Shown here: piece after piece, positions 20,510 through 30,084 of the stretch
Layout: each line of letters begins with the position of its first letter
How positions within the stretch are numbered: the first letter of the stretch is position 1
NCBI GenBank assembly: GCA_040900375.1
Contig: JBBDZC010000021.1
Coordinates: forward strand, 5,258-69,257
DNA: 64,000 nt
Direction of reading: 5' to 3'
DNA from: Candidatus Anderseniibacteriota bacterium
GTDB taxonomy: Bacteria > Patescibacteriota > Andersenbacteria > UBA10190
Made by a program: the position numbers and the translations under genes
The notes under the pieces: model-generated
What the model was told of the DNA's origin: nothing
What the model saw: only the letters and a program-made list of their open reading frames with translations
Databases searched by the model: none

Positions 20510-21111
20510 AAGTCTTGGCCCAAACGAGGACCAGCCAACAGTATCAAAAAATCGTACTTCGCTCGATTATGCTGGTTATTTTAATCGTGGCCCAGCCTTT
20601 TCTATGGAGTATGGTTGCAGGTGTAGCCAATCGGGTCCATGCGCAACAGTCACAGAAACAACAGATTATCGATGTGCAGGCCCGCACTGCCCAAATTAGA
20701 GAAATTAATGTCAGCCAGAAAGAATTTCTTGATCAGCTTGATGTGGTGGTACCGCTGGCGGGCTCACTGTCCCAAATTATTGAGCGGCTGGAGCGCTTAG
20801 CCACCGACCGGCAGCTGCGGTTGTCAATTCTTGATATCAAGGAAGATGTTTTGGAGGAAGCAACGGATTTGGAGAATATTCCGGTGCAGCGTTTTCGGAT
20901 TAGCTTGCAGGTTACGGGCACCCCCGCCCAGTTGTTGACCTATATTGATGCGGTGGAGCATGTACAGGAATTGACTATTTTGGAGGACTGGTCCTTTGTG
21001 GCAGCCACGGCCCCGGTTAGTTTCCCGGCTCCGGATGCGGTCTATCCTTATACCGCGACGATGAGCCTTTTATTCTTTTTACAGTCGGAAATCGATGCCG
21101 TCGAAGAGTAA
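20506..21111 (+). CDS. pilO: PilO-like protein, copy 2
   Basis: TM helix plus coiled coil; ATGA overlap with pilN; parallels copy 1. Confidence 0.7.
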   Translation: MKVLAQTRTSQQYQKIVLRSIMLVILIVAQPFLWSMVAGVANRVHAQQSQKQQIIDVQARTAQIREINVSQKEFLDQLDVVVPLAGSLSQIIERLERLATDRQLRLSILDIKEDVLEEATDLENIPVQRFRISLQVTGTPAQLLTYIDAVEHVQELTILEDWSFVAATAPVSFPAPDAVYPYTATMSLLFFLQSEIDAVEE

Positions 21112-21433
21112 ATCATTCCTGATTCGCCTGTTACCCCGCTTTAATACTTTCGGGGCTTTTATCTTCGCCTGGTTGGGCACGGCGATCATGCGCCTGCTAG
21201 TTATTTTTATTGGCGTGTTGCTTCTTGCCTATATGCTGTATCTTAATGTGTGGCAACCGCTGCGCCAGGAGGTAGAATTGCCCCCGGGGGTTACCCCCAC
21301 TAATCCCGAGCTAGATGTTACCCGCTTAAAGGAAATTAATAACCAGCGCTCTCAACGTTTTCAAAGTATCCGTCGTAATTTCGAGACGCGAAATTTTCTG
21401 TTTGTCCCCCAGCAAACTTCAGGAACGCCTTAA
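21095..21433 (+). CDS. Small bitopic protein in the PilP position, copy 2
   Basis: One TM helix; position and PxL...L.E pattern mirror 18435-18797. Confidence 0.6.
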   Translation: MPSKSKSFLIRLLPRFNTFGAFIFAWLGTAIMRLLVIFIGVLLLAYMLYLNVWQPLRQEVELPPGVTPTNPELDVTRLKEINNQRSQRFQSIRRNFETRNFLFVPQQTSGTP

Positions 21434-21452
21434 TAGAGAAGAGCGAGCGACC

Positions 21453-21863
21453 ATGTCTCGTGTCCTAGTTTTTGGTACATTTGATCCCTTGCACGAAGGC
21501 CATCATAATTTCTTTAATCAGGCAAAAGCCGAAGGGACACACTTGACTGTCGTAGTGGCCCGCGATAGTCAAGTGCGCGTGCAGAAAGGACGGGAACCCC
21601 ACCAGCCCGAGAGAGAGCGCTTGCAGGCGGTCGCGCGCGCGAGCGCTGTTGATCAAGTCTTGTTGGGAGAAGAAGGTGAGCAGAGCTACGCACTCTTGGG
21701 GCGTCTGGCCTTCGAGGTACTGGCGGTAGGATATGATCAGGAACCGGACGATGCAGAAATTCAGGAGCAACTTCGGGCGTGTGGTAAACAGGCGGTGCGC
21801 TTGGTGAGACTGAAACCATATCAACCAGACATCTATAAGTCATCATACCTACGCAGTAAGTGA
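21453..21863 (+). CDS. Cytidylyltransferase-family protein (archaeal FAD synthase RibL/TagD-like)
   Basis: FGTFDPLHEGH (HxGH), VVVARD, VGYDQ, YKSS. Confidence 0.85.
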   Translation: MSRVLVFGTFDPLHEGHHNFFNQAKAEGTHLTVVVARDSQVRVQKGREPHQPERERLQAVARASAVDQVLLGEEGEQSYALLGRLAFEVLAVGYDQEPDDAEIQEQLRACGKQAVRLVRLKPYQPDIYKSSYLRSK

Positions 21864-21902
21864 TCGGGAGTTTTATGCTTAATCTGCTATCCTAGATCTC
21901 AT

Positions 21903-22235
21903 ATGCCAGCTTCTCTAACTAGTGAGCAACTGCGAGCTGCCTTGCGGACAGTGCTTGATCCGGAACTAGGTTTTTCAATCGTAGATTTGGGCTTAGTCTA
22001 CGCGCTGGACTACGACGGCGCTGGCAATGTGCACATTCTCTTAACCTTGACTACGCCAACATGTCCCCTGCAAGACCACTTCCGACAAGCTATTACTACC
22101 GCTTTACAATCATTGCCGCAGGTACATAATGTTGCTATTGATTTTACTTTTACGCCTCGTTGGAACCTAGAGAAAGCGACCGCCCAAGTGCGGGAAGGAC
22201 TTGCCTTACTCGGCATAGGGACACTGCGGTGGTGA
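21903..22235 (+). CDS. Metal-sulfur cluster assembly factor (DUF59/SufT-like)
   Basis: VLDPELGFSIVDLGLVY, TLTTPTCP, PRW. Confidence 0.9.
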   Translation: MPASLTSEQLRAALRTVLDPELGFSIVDLGLVYALDYDGAGNVHILLTLTTPTCPLQDHFRQAITTALQSLPQVHNVAIDFTFTPRWNLEKATAQVREGLALLGIGTLRW

Positions 22236-22242
22236 CGTGTCT

Positions 22243-23100
22243 ATGACCTACGATCTCCATCTCCATTCCGCGTGCTCGGATGGAGACTTATCTCCCACAG
22301 CCGTCATGGCGGAGGCTGCCGGGCGGGGTCTGGCGGGCGTTAGTTTGACGGACCACAATGGCTTGTGGGGACTTGAGGAAGCGCAAACGGCTGCGGCCGA
22401 GCACGATTTGGTTTTTGTGTCCGGTATTGAGGTGACGGCTCTCTATGGTGCGGCCGATGTGCATATTTTAGGATATAGCCGCAATTTTGCGGCCAAGACG
22501 CTGCGGGCGGGGCTGGCAACAACTCGGGCAGGGTATCGGACGCGGGTGGAAGAGATGGTGGAGCGTTGTCATGCGGCTGGATATCCGCAAGTCTCCTTTG
22601 CCGATATTGTGGCGGACAGAGCTAAGCAGGCCGATCCCTGCTATGTGTCGTATGATGTGGCGCGCAAGCTGACGGAGCACGGTGGCCTCACGCTTGAGCA
22701 AGCTCGGCAACTAACCGTTCGCGGAGGAGCGTGCTATGTACCCTATAGCTCTTGGACCCTGTCACCCGCGGCTGTCGTGGCGCTGCTGCATGAAGCCCAC
22801 GGGATTGCAGTCTTAGCTCATCCTGGTACCGTCGCTTACGAGACCGGCCAAGACACCTTAGATGAGCTGATTGACGGACTAGTAGAGGCCGGTCTCGATG
22901 GCATTGAGGTACATCATCCTTTTCATGATCGGGCATTGGTTGCTGTCTTGCTTGAACGTATTAGGCGAGATAATTTGCTTGTGACGGGTGGTTCAGATTG
23001 GCATGGACCGGGGCGTTTTCACAAAGGCTACTTTGGTCGAAGCGGTATTGATGAGACACAGTTTAGGGTTTTAGCCGAGCGGCTCGAAGAGGTACAGTAG
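22243..23100 (+). CDS. PHP-domain metallophosphoesterase (TrpH/YciV-like)
   Basis: DLHLHS..SDG, LTDHN, LAHP, GGSDWHG. Confidence 0.9.
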   Translation: MTYDLHLHSACSDGDLSPTAVMAEAAGRGLAGVSLTDHNGLWGLEEAQTAAAEHDLVFVSGIEVTALYGAADVHILGYSRNFAAKTLRAGLATTRAGYRTRVEEMVERCHAAGYPQVSFADIVADRAKQADPCYVSYDVARKLTEHGGLTLEQARQLTVRGGACYVPYSSWTLSPAAVVALLHEAHGIAVLAHPGTVAYETGQDTLDELIDGLVEAGLDGIEVHHPFHDRALVAVLLERIRRDNLLVTGGSDWHGPGRFHKGYFGRSGIDETQFRVLAERLEEVQ

Positions 23101-23104
23101 AAGT

Positions 23105-24064
23105 ATGGAATATATTGGGGTTGATGCCGGCGCCACGTGGATTAAAGCGAGCCGCTTTGATGCGACCATGCGGGTGTTAGAGCACGTTAGTATTCCCAGC
23201 GGAGCTGGGACCGGGCCACATGAGTATTTTGCAAGTATTGCGCAAGCTGTAGCGCAGTGCGGACGAGAAAGATTGCCGATTGGTTTAGCGTTACCCGCTG
23301 CCTTAACGCCGGACGGGCAGAAAATTCATTATCTTGTAAATGTAAAGGGATTGGGCGTGGGCAGTGAGGGGATCACTCTCCCGGCAGCCCTTTCTCCCCA
23401 TATGGACGCCGCGCAGGTGGTCGCTGCCAATGATGCCAGTTGTGCGGCCTTAGGCGAATGGGGGTATGGCCAAGGTGGCAGTGATCTGGTTGTGCGCTTG
23501 CTGCACCTTACCTGGGGCACGGGTATTGGGACTGGTTTTGTGAGTAATGGACGGATGCACTATGGCTGGGAAGGAGGCCATCTTCCGGTAGCGCATTCTC
23601 GACCAGCTCCCCTGCCCTGCAATTGCGGCTCCCGCACTGACATTGAGGCATATGCCGCCGTTCCCCATCTGGTAGCGTCTGCGTATGCGCTCTGGCAGGA
23701 GAGAAAAACTCCTACTAGTTTGACGGCTGCTGACTTCGCTGACCGCACTAAAACTTCTTCTATTTTAGTCCAGCACGCAGTCGCCGGTGATGAACTGTGC
23801 CAGCAGGTTTTGCAGCAGGGTATACATGCCCTGGCGCAGGGCCTGGCGGCCATGGCAGTGATTGCGTACCCGACGGTGGTAACGATTGGCGGGGCGATGA
23901 TGAGCCATGAGTGGCTGCTGCCGCGACTACACCAGGCAATTGCCAGTGGCAATGAGGGCCTGGCAGCAGTGGTGCTGCCGCCAACAATGGTGTCGCAAGC
24001 GAAGCTTGGTAATGATGCGGGCATGACTGGGGCAGCAATGCTCGCCCGATCGCGCTTTGGTTAA
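23105..24064 (+). CDS. ROK-family sugar kinase
   Basis: GVDAGAT, NDASCAALGE, GTGIG, EGGH...CNCG. Confidence 0.9.
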   Translation: MEYIGVDAGATWIKASRFDATMRVLEHVSIPSGAGTGPHEYFASIAQAVAQCGRERLPIGLALPAALTPDGQKIHYLVNVKGLGVGSEGITLPAALSPHMDAAQVVAANDASCAALGEWGYGQGGSDLVVRLLHLTWGTGIGTGFVSNGRMHYGWEGGHLPVAHSRPAPLPCNCGSRTDIEAYAAVPHLVASAYALWQERKTPTSLTAADFADRTKTSSILVQHAVAGDELCQQVLQQGIHALAQGLAAMAVIAYPTVVTIGGAMMSHEWLLPRLHQAIASGNEGLAAVVLPPTMVSQAKLGNDAGMTGAAMLARSRFG

Positions 24065-24079
24065 AAGGAATTACGTTAA

Positions 24080-24148
24080 GAAAAAAGCCCCCCTCCGCTT
24101 TTTTTCATTCGCTCGAGTAGGGCGAAGGAAAGTAAGGGGAGAGAGGCT
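24080..24148 (-). terminator. Long intrinsic terminator hairpin of the orphan operon
   Basis: Minus strand AGCCTCTCTCC...GGAGGGGGGCT followed by TTTTTCTT. Confidence 0.65.
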
Positions 24149-24160
24149 GGTCGCGGTACG

Positions 24161-24325
24161 CTACTCATCATGCTGCAGATGGTGAACTTTTTCACGAAGT
24201 TCTTCGTCTGTGGCATGGACGAGTTGCTCGGTGGGGATGAGTCCGAAGAGCGTATCTTCGAGTTCGTCGCGAGTCATTCTGTTGACGATCTCATCATCCA
24301 AGGCTCGCATCAGGGGCTCTGACAT
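24161..24325 (-). CDS. Small acidic orphan protein (54 aa)
   Basis: GGAGG SD upstream of ATG 24325; helical composition. Confidence 0.65.
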   Translation of the reverse strand: MSEPLMRALDDEIVNRMTRDELEDTLFGLIPTEQLVHATDEELREKVHHLQHDE

Positions 24326-24533
24326 GGTGTCCTCCAGGTCTCTCGTGCCCGGTATCGGGGGGGCACGGGGAGAGAGGGGCCGAGGGAGGGGCCGAAGGGA
24401 AAGTCCTGGCCTCACGTTCGAACAGCTGATAGTTCTTGAGAGTGTCCTCCAAGACTTTGTTCAGCTGCTGCCGGCGGGCCAGCGCATCAGGATGAGTGCT
24501 AAAACTACTTTGCGGTTGGGGGGCAGGGGTCAT
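24294..24533 (-). CDS. Small orphan protein (79 aa)
   Basis: GGAG SD before ATG; overlaps the next gene by 32 nt. Confidence 0.5.
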   Translation of the reverse strand: MTPAPQPQSSFSTHPDALARRQQLNKVLEDTLKNYQLFEREARTFPSAPPSAPLSPCPPDTGHERPGGHHVRAPDASLG

Positions 24534-24555
24534 AGTGTCTCCATTCGCCGGGGGA

Positions 24556-24744
24556 TTACTGCACCAAACGGGCCAAGATTTTGAATGCGTCCGAGCTGGG
24601 GTGCAAACTTATCGGTACCTTAAACTCGGGGTTGAAGGTGGGGTCGCGCGCTGCTTTGCACCGAGCCATTTCTTCCAGCTCCGCCACTGTGCGCGGAGAT
24701 TGCGCGCTGGATGCGGGGTCGGAACTCGGCCACACGGCGGTCAT
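24556..24744 (-). CDS. Small orphan protein (62 aa)
   Basis: AAGGAGG SD before ATG 24744; TGcTATAAT extended -10 upstream. Confidence 0.6.
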   Translation of the reverse strand: MTAVWPSSDPASSAQSPRTVAELEEMARCKAARDPTFNPEFKVPISLHPSSDAFKILARLVQ

Positions 24745-24852
24745 GGGCACCTCCTTGTCAGGATAGGTTAAGAAGGAACGGGAGTAACAGGGATAAGGAC
24801 ATTATAGCATTACGGAGTATGATAGTGTATGACAACTTATCCACAATTGTCA

Positions 24853-24928
24853 ATCCCGTTAGAGGTAAGCCGCTCCAAGCGGCTGCCGCCGTCCTGTTTT
24901 GAGGAGGAGAGCGGATCTCTAACGGGAT
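24853..24928. repeat. REP-like palindromic element
   Basis: Perfect 12-bp inverted repeat ATCCCGTTAGAG / CTCTAACGGGAT enclosing internal hairpins such as AGCCGCT-CCA-AGCGGCT. Confidence 0.7.
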
Positions 24929-24987
24929 CAACTGTAGTTAGAGACAAAGTCGTTCTACTCTATTGTATGGCTTCGACCACGGAGTTT

Positions 24988-25845
24988 TTAAGGAGAGCCT
25001 TGTTTTTGCCAATGCTTGAGTACTTGTTCGTACACGTCGGGTGTGGATACGTCGAACCATTGTCCCTCAAAGGGATAGCCGTAGAGACGCCCCTGCTCGA
25101 TTAGTTCGGGGAAAATGTCTCGTTCAAGGGATAGTTCCCCTCGCTTTTTGGTGATGAAATTAAAGACACTGGGATTGAGCGCCGCATAACCGGCGAACAC
25201 GAGGCGCGAGACGTCACTACTAATGACTGGCTTCTCGGAAAATTCAACCACCCGGGTGCCGCGCAGCCGTACGGCCCCATAGGCGGAGGGGTCAGCCACC
25301 GAAGTCAACGCAATAGTCCCGACAGCGGCTTTTAAATTTTGGTGAGCTTGGAGGAACTCAGTGAGATCGAGTTCCACTAAGACGTCACCGTAGAGGACGA
25401 GAAATGGGGCGTTACCCAGATACGGCTGACTAGCGCGCAGGGCCCCGCCCGTGCCCGAGGGCTTTTTCTCTTCCACGTAGGTAATGCGGACGCCCCATTT
25501 AGAGCCATCGCCAAAATGTTCTTTAATCTTGGTGGCCAAATGGCTGATAGTCATAATGATCTCGGTAATACCATATTTGCGGAGGAGCTCAATGCTGTAT
25601 TCCAGCAGCGGCCGACCATTGACGGGAATGAGCGGTTTAGGAATTTCATAGGTAAAGGGACGCATTTTAGTACCCTCACCACTGGCAAGAATGACTGCTT
25701 GTTTCGTTTCGGTGTGCAGGGTGCGGGAGAGGAGGACTTCGAGGGCGTGCGAACGGTTACGAATCCGGTGGTGGTCAATCATGCGGTCGAGCCCTCGCAG
25801 GAGGTCATCACGAATTGTTACCGTTATGCGTTCTCGTTGAGCCAT
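24988..25845 (-). CDS. Sugar-phosphate nucleotidyltransferase with N-terminal ribbon-helix-helix domain
   Basis: RERITVTI...LD......NRSHALEVLL (RHH) then ILASGEGTKMRP, PKPLIPV, GTGGAL, YGD, FSEKP. Confidence 0.85.
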   Translation of the reverse strand: MAQRERITVTIRDDLLRGLDRMIDHHRIRNRSHALEVLLSRTLHTETKQAVILASGEGTKMRPFTYEIPKPLIPVNGRPLLEYSIELLRKYGITEIIMTISHLATKIKEHFGDGSKWGVRITYVEEKKPSGTGGALRASQPYLGNAPFLVLYGDVLVELDLTEFLQAHQNLKAAVGTIALTSVADPSAYGAVRLRGTRVVEFSEKPVISSDVSRLVFAGYAALNPSVFNFITKKRGELSLERDIFPELIEQGRLYGYPFEGQWFDVSTPDVYEQVLKHWQKQGSP

Positions 25846-25969
25846 AGGCTTTTTTAGGGTAACACCTTTACCGAACAAAAGGGAAACCCTTTGCTCTTTA
25901 AGGAGGCGCGGGCGCTGCTTTAGATACGCCTATTTGCTCGTCTCTGGACATCTGCGATACGATACAGAG

Positions 25970-26674
25970 ATGATTGAAGACTCAAGGTCGTCGTTTAATG
26001 TCGGTTTAGCGGTGGCGATTGTCCTGGCGGGCGGGATTGTCGCCCTAGCAGTATATTTTGCCCAGGAAAACCGACAGCCGATTGCTTCCGAGTCAGGAGT
26101 GATGCTATCCGAAGTTGCCGGGACCCAAGACGAGCCTATTGTGGTCACGATAGAAGAAGATGATCCGGTGCTGGGAGTAGCGGATGCACCAGTGACGATC
26201 GTGGAGTTTTCTGATTTCGAGTGTCCCTACTGTCGACAATTTCACCAAACCACCTTCCGTCAATTGCGCGAGACGTATATTGATTCAGGCAAGGCTCGTT
26301 TCGTACACAAGGATTTTCCGTTGAGCCAAATTCATCCCCAGGCGCAAGCGGCTGCCGCGGCAGCATACTGTGCGGGCCGACAAGGCCAGTTCTGGGAGTA
26401 CGCCGAGAAACTTTATGCTCCTGAAGCAGTCTTGGATAAGGCAGCCCTGGAGCAGTATGCCCAAGCTCTGACCTTAGATACGACAGCTTTTACCACTTGT
26501 CAGGAGGAGTCAGGCACAGAGGAGAAAATTACTCGGAATGCGCGGGCCGCGATTGCGGCCGGGGTAACAGGCACGCCCGCGTTTGTGGTTAATGGAGTAT
26601 TAATCGAAGGTGCTCTGCCCCTAGCTCAATTTACGGCTACCATTGAGGCGGCCCTGCGTCAGGCACAAGAATAA
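25970..26674 (+). CDS. DsbA-family thiol-disulfide oxidoreductase
   Basis: TM anchor, EFSDFECPYC, GVTGTP. Confidence 0.9.
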   Translation: MIEDSRSSFNVGLAVAIVLAGGIVALAVYFAQENRQPIASESGVMLSEVAGTQDEPIVVTIEEDDPVLGVADAPVTIVEFSDFECPYCRQFHQTTFRQLRETYIDSGKARFVHKDFPLSQIHPQAQAAAAAAYCAGRQGQFWEYAEKLYAPEAVLDKAALEQYAQALTLDTTAFTTCQEESGTEEKITRNARAAIAAGVTGTPAFVVNGVLIEGALPLAQFTATIEAALRQAQE

Positions 26675-26685
26675 TCGGTATTGCT

Positions 26686-27627
26686 ATGGAAGAAGTTATT
26701 ATCCTGCCGGCGGGGGTTTCCTTTGCCATTCTGGCTTTTTTACTAAGTTTGCTACCCGCGGGGCTTTTCTTGTGGGTCTGGTATTTACGTCGCCATGATC
26801 GCCCGGTACCGACTTCGGCAGTTCTCACGGGGTTGTTTGTTGGCGCTTGTATTGTCATTCCCGCCTTCTATTTGGAAACCGAGGCGAAAGATCTTTGGCA
26901 AACTCTTTCTCCCGCTACTGTCCACAATTTTGATGGTGCCCTGCTGCCGCTGCAAAGCCCGCTTGATATTTTGCTGCCGGCCGTGGGCACGTTTGTGATT
27001 GTGGCGACGGTGGAGGAGGGGTTACGCTTCTTAGCCTTGTGGTGGTGGTTTCGCCGGAGCCGGGCAATTGACCAGGTTTTTGACGGCTTAGTAGTTGGTT
27101 TAGCCGCTGGCCTGGGATTTGCCACGCTGGAAAATACCTTATATTTCCTCGACCTTATTCAGCGCGGCAATTTCGACACGCTCATCTTTGTCTTTTTCTT
27201 ACGGTTTTTGATCTCGACGCTCGCCCACATTAGCTTCGGTGGGATTATGGGTGTCTTAATTGCTCGCGGGGTCTTTGCTGTGTACCGTCCGTCGCGCCAG
27301 CTCATCCAGGCATTTTTGCTGCCTTGGTTCGTGCACGGTCTCTTTGATTTACTCTTGGGCATTAACTTAAGCATGTACGCTGTGATTATTCTTGTGCCGC
27401 CGCTGGCAGTACTTATCTTGTGGAGCACACGCCGAGAGTTCTTTGTGATCAATCGCCAGGGCAGTACGTTGCTGGTGAATCAGCGCGCTCCAGAGACGAG
27501 CGAGGCGAAGCTCATGCAAGACTTCTTTAAGCAGTTTGACTCGCCATGGAATGTGCACGCGCCCTGGCTACGAGAAAAACGCCTCCGGCGGACATTGTTA
27601 CGTCATCTCGAAAGTAATGCGCCATAG
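26686..27627 (+). CDS. PrsW-family intramembrane protease
   Basis: VEEGLR, GFATLEN, LAH, VHGLFD. Confidence 0.9.
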   Translation: MEEVIILPAGVSFAILAFLLSLLPAGLFLWVWYLRRHDRPVPTSAVLTGLFVGACIVIPAFYLETEAKDLWQTLSPATVHNFDGALLPLQSPLDILLPAVGTFVIVATVEEGLRFLALWWWFRRSRAIDQVFDGLVVGLAAGLGFATLENTLYFLDLIQRGNFDTLIFVFFLRFLISTLAHISFGGIMGVLIARGVFAVYRPSRQLIQAFLLPWFVHGLFDLLLGINLSMYAVIILVPPLAVLILWSTRREFFVINRQGSTLLVNQRAPETSEAKLMQDFFKQFDSPWNVHAPWLREKRLRRTLLRHLESNAP

Positions 27628-28033
27628 TCTTCGCGTGGTTTGGGCCTTGGCCGGCATTATTATACTGCTCTTATTGTTGCTGATGATATTGCAAGTGGGC
27701 GGTATTGCGATTCGCGGTGTTGGTGGCCCGGCTGACGCGATTACCTTTACCCTTTCCGAGCCGCTCCTGCGCGGGGTTCCCTTAACACTCCAGTGGCAGG
27801 GTGGGGCCACGGATGCGGCTTACGAAGTCCTGATTCTCTGGTATGACGATGAGGGCGACGAAGTGATGGTGGGCAAGGCCGGAATCAATGAACAGCGCGC
27901 GCGAGTGGTTTTGCCTTGTACGACGGTGGGGGATACCGGGACACTGGCGCTGGTTAATCGGGAGACCCAAGAAATTGTGGCGCGGGAATCATTAACCCTT
28001 CTGCCGGCCGGGGCAGAGTGTCTGTTGCGGTAA
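27617..28033 (+). CDS. Hypothetical exported beta-rich protein
   Basis: N-terminal TM helix; overlaps prsW-like stop; two Cys. Confidence 0.65.
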   Translation: MRHSLRVVWALAGIIILLLLLLMILQVGGIAIRGVGGPADAITFTLSEPLLRGVPLTLQWQGGATDAAYEVLILWYDDEGDEVMVGKAGINEQRARVVLPCTTVGDTGTLALVNRETQEIVARESLTLLPAGAECLLR

Positions 28034-28054
28034 GGCTACCGGATCGTAGCTGTT

Positions 28055-28981
28055 TTAGAGTTGGGTGAAGTAAGCGATCGTTTTGGTTAACCCGTCAGAG
28101 AGGGTAGTAGTAGGTTGCCACTTTAAGATTTCTTGAGCGAGGCTGATGTCGGGCTGGCGTTGTTTAGGGTCATCAGCGGGCAGATCATGGTGCTCAAGCG
28201 AGGATGAGGAATGAGCAAGCGCAATAATCTGCTCCGCCAGGGCTTTAACGGAAATCTCTTCGGGGTTGCCGAGGTTAATCGGGCCGGTCGTTTGCTCTTG
28301 CTCCATCATCGCGATGAGGCCCTCGATTAAGTCATCAACATAGCAAAAGGAACGAGTTTGGTTACCTTCACCGTAGAGCGAGAGTGGTTTATGATGAAGG
28401 GCTTGGACAATAAAGTTGCTGACTACGCGACCGTCTTGAGGGTGCATGCGCGGGCCGTAGGTATTAAAGATCCGAGCAATGCGTACGTCTACCTTATTCT
28501 GGCGGTGGTAATCCATGCAGAGCGTTTCCGCCACGCGTTTGCCCTCGTCGTAGCAGCTCCGGATACCGACAGGATTAACATTACCCCAGTAAGATTCTGG
28601 TTGTGGATGCACTTCTGGATCGCCGTAGACCTCCGAGGTGGAAGCTTGCAGCAGACGAGCTTTATTTTTCTTGGCGAGGCCGAGCATATTGACCATGCCG
28701 ACAGTGGAAGTTTTGATGGTGCGGATAGGGTTGAACTGGTAGTGAACGGGCGACGCGGGACAGGCGAGGTTGTAAATCTGTTCCGCCTCGAGGTTTAACG
28801 GTTCAATAATGTCGTGGCGGTGTAACTCAAACTGCGAGTGCTTCAGTAAATGAGCAATGTTGCGTTCCTGACCGGTGAAGAAATTGTCGACGCAGATAAC
28901 ATGGTGGCCTCGTTCAATGAGACGGTCACAAAGGTGGCTGCCGAGAAAGCCGGCGCCCCCCGTGACGATAATTTTTTTCAT
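28055..28981 (-). CDS. UDP-glucuronate decarboxylase (UDP-xylose synthase) family SDR
   Basis: [43 protein letters not shown]. Confidence 0.95.
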   Translation of the reverse strand: MKKIIVTGGAGFLGSHLCDRLIERGHHVICVDNFFTGQERNIAHLLKHSQFELHRHDIIEPLNLEAEQIYNLACPASPVHYQFNPIRTIKTSTVGMVNMLGLAKKNKARLLQASTSEVYGDPEVHPQPESYWGNVNPVGIRSCYDEGKRVAETLCMDYHRQNKVDVRIARIFNTYGPRMHPQDGRVVSNFIVQALHHKPLSLYGEGNQTRSFCYVDDLIEGLIAMMEQEQTTGPINLGNPEEISVKALAEQIIALAHSSSSLEHHDLPADDPKQRQPDISLAQEILKWQPTTTLSDGLTKTIAYFTQL

Positions 28982-29073
28982 ACGAATAGCAATTTACAAG
29001 CGGTGATTAGTAACTAGGGATATGTCCATAATACTCCCGAGATTGCTATACTTCCTACTATGGATTACCCCTT

Positions 29074-29487
29074 ATGGCAATACCGATGGCGGAACTGACT
29101 GATGCAAACCAGGCCCGCGTGCTTGGGCTGCGCTGGTTTCTGGTGGCGGTATGGATGGCGCTCATCTGGTATGCTTCGGCGCAGCCGGATTTACACTCGG
29201 GTCTCGCGCAAGATTTTCTGCTGCGCAAAATCGCTCACCTACTGGAATTTGCTGTCTTAACCGGACTCGTGCAGCGAGCGATTTTCCCTGTATATCCGCG
29301 GCACTTCTTAGTCGGCGCTTTGCTATGGGCACTGACCTATAGTGTCATTGACGAGTGGCACCAAACAAGCGTGCCGGGGCGTATGGGCACGCTGCAGGAT
29401 GTCGGTGTTGATTTTATAGGGATTGGGGCGGCCACTCTCGGGCGCCTAGGGTATACCCGCTTCCTTAAGCGGCGGGAGTTTTCTTAA
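29074..29487 (+). CDS. VanZ-family membrane protein
   Basis: RKIAHLLEF, DEWHQTSVPGR...DV..D; start uncertain. Confidence 0.85.
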   Translation: MAIPMAELTDANQARVLGLRWFLVAVWMALIWYASAQPDLHSGLAQDFLLRKIAHLLEFAVLTGLVQRAIFPVYPRHFLVGALLWALTYSVIDEWHQTSVPGRMGTLQDVGVDFIGIGAATLGRLGYTRFLKRREFS

Positions 29488-29842
29488 TCGGAAGCTTAGC
29501 GGTAGCAATCATCACAATTTCTTTGAAAATTTCGGGGTGCTCCGCGGCAATTTGCGCGAGTACCTTGCGGTCGAGCTCACTGTGGTAGAGCTTTAAGCCG
29601 TGGAGCAACTGGGAGTACGTCACGCCGTGAGCGCGGGCGGCCGCGTTAATGCGGACGTGCCAGAGTTGGCGAAAGGCACTCTTTTTCTTCCGGCGGTCGT
29701 AGTAGGCGTGCTGGCCAGCTTTAAGGACGGCCTCTTTTGCCAGCTTGAAGACACTCTTGCGGCGGCCCCGAAAACCTTTGGCCCGCTTGAGCCACTTCTT
29801 GTGGCGGCGGTGTTTAGCAATACTGCGAACAGCTCGTGGCAT
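29465..29842 (-). CDS. rplT: 50S ribosomal protein L20
   Basis: MPRAVR...KGFRGRR...AYYDRRKKK..FRQLW.VRINAAAR...LDRKVLA. Confidence 0.97.
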   Translation of the reverse strand: MPRAVRSIAKHRRHKKWLKRAKGFRGRRKSVFKLAKEAVLKAGQHAYYDRRKKKSAFRQLWHVRINAAARAHGVTYSQLLHGLKLYHSELDRKVLAQIAAEHPEIFKEIVMIATAKLPIKKTPAA

Positions 29843-29846
29843 GGGG

Positions 29847-30041
29847 TTAGTTATACGGCAGTAAGCGGGTGATGCGGCCAAGGTCAGTCCTGTCCACGCT
29901 CTGACCCCCGTGTTTGTCCCGGGTATCTTTGCCAGTGTCACGGGCGTTAAAGTGCGCTTGACCCACGTGACGGTGTTGCACTTTGCCTTTTCCGGAAAAG
30001 TAAAAACGCTTCTTGGCAGCTTTTTTAGTCTTTTGCTTCAT
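29847..30041 (-). CDS. rpmI: 50S ribosomal protein L35 (start 30041 or 30050)
   Basis: MKQKTKKAAKKRF..SGKGKV...LLPY; between infC and rplT. Confidence 0.92.
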   Translation of the reverse strand: MKQKTKKAAKKRFYFSGKGKVQHRHVGQAHFNARDTGKDTRDKHGGQSVDRTDLGRITRLLPYN

Positions 30042-30084
30042 AGTGACCATTAGACGTCCACGATAGATTATGTGTGCCGCTCTG

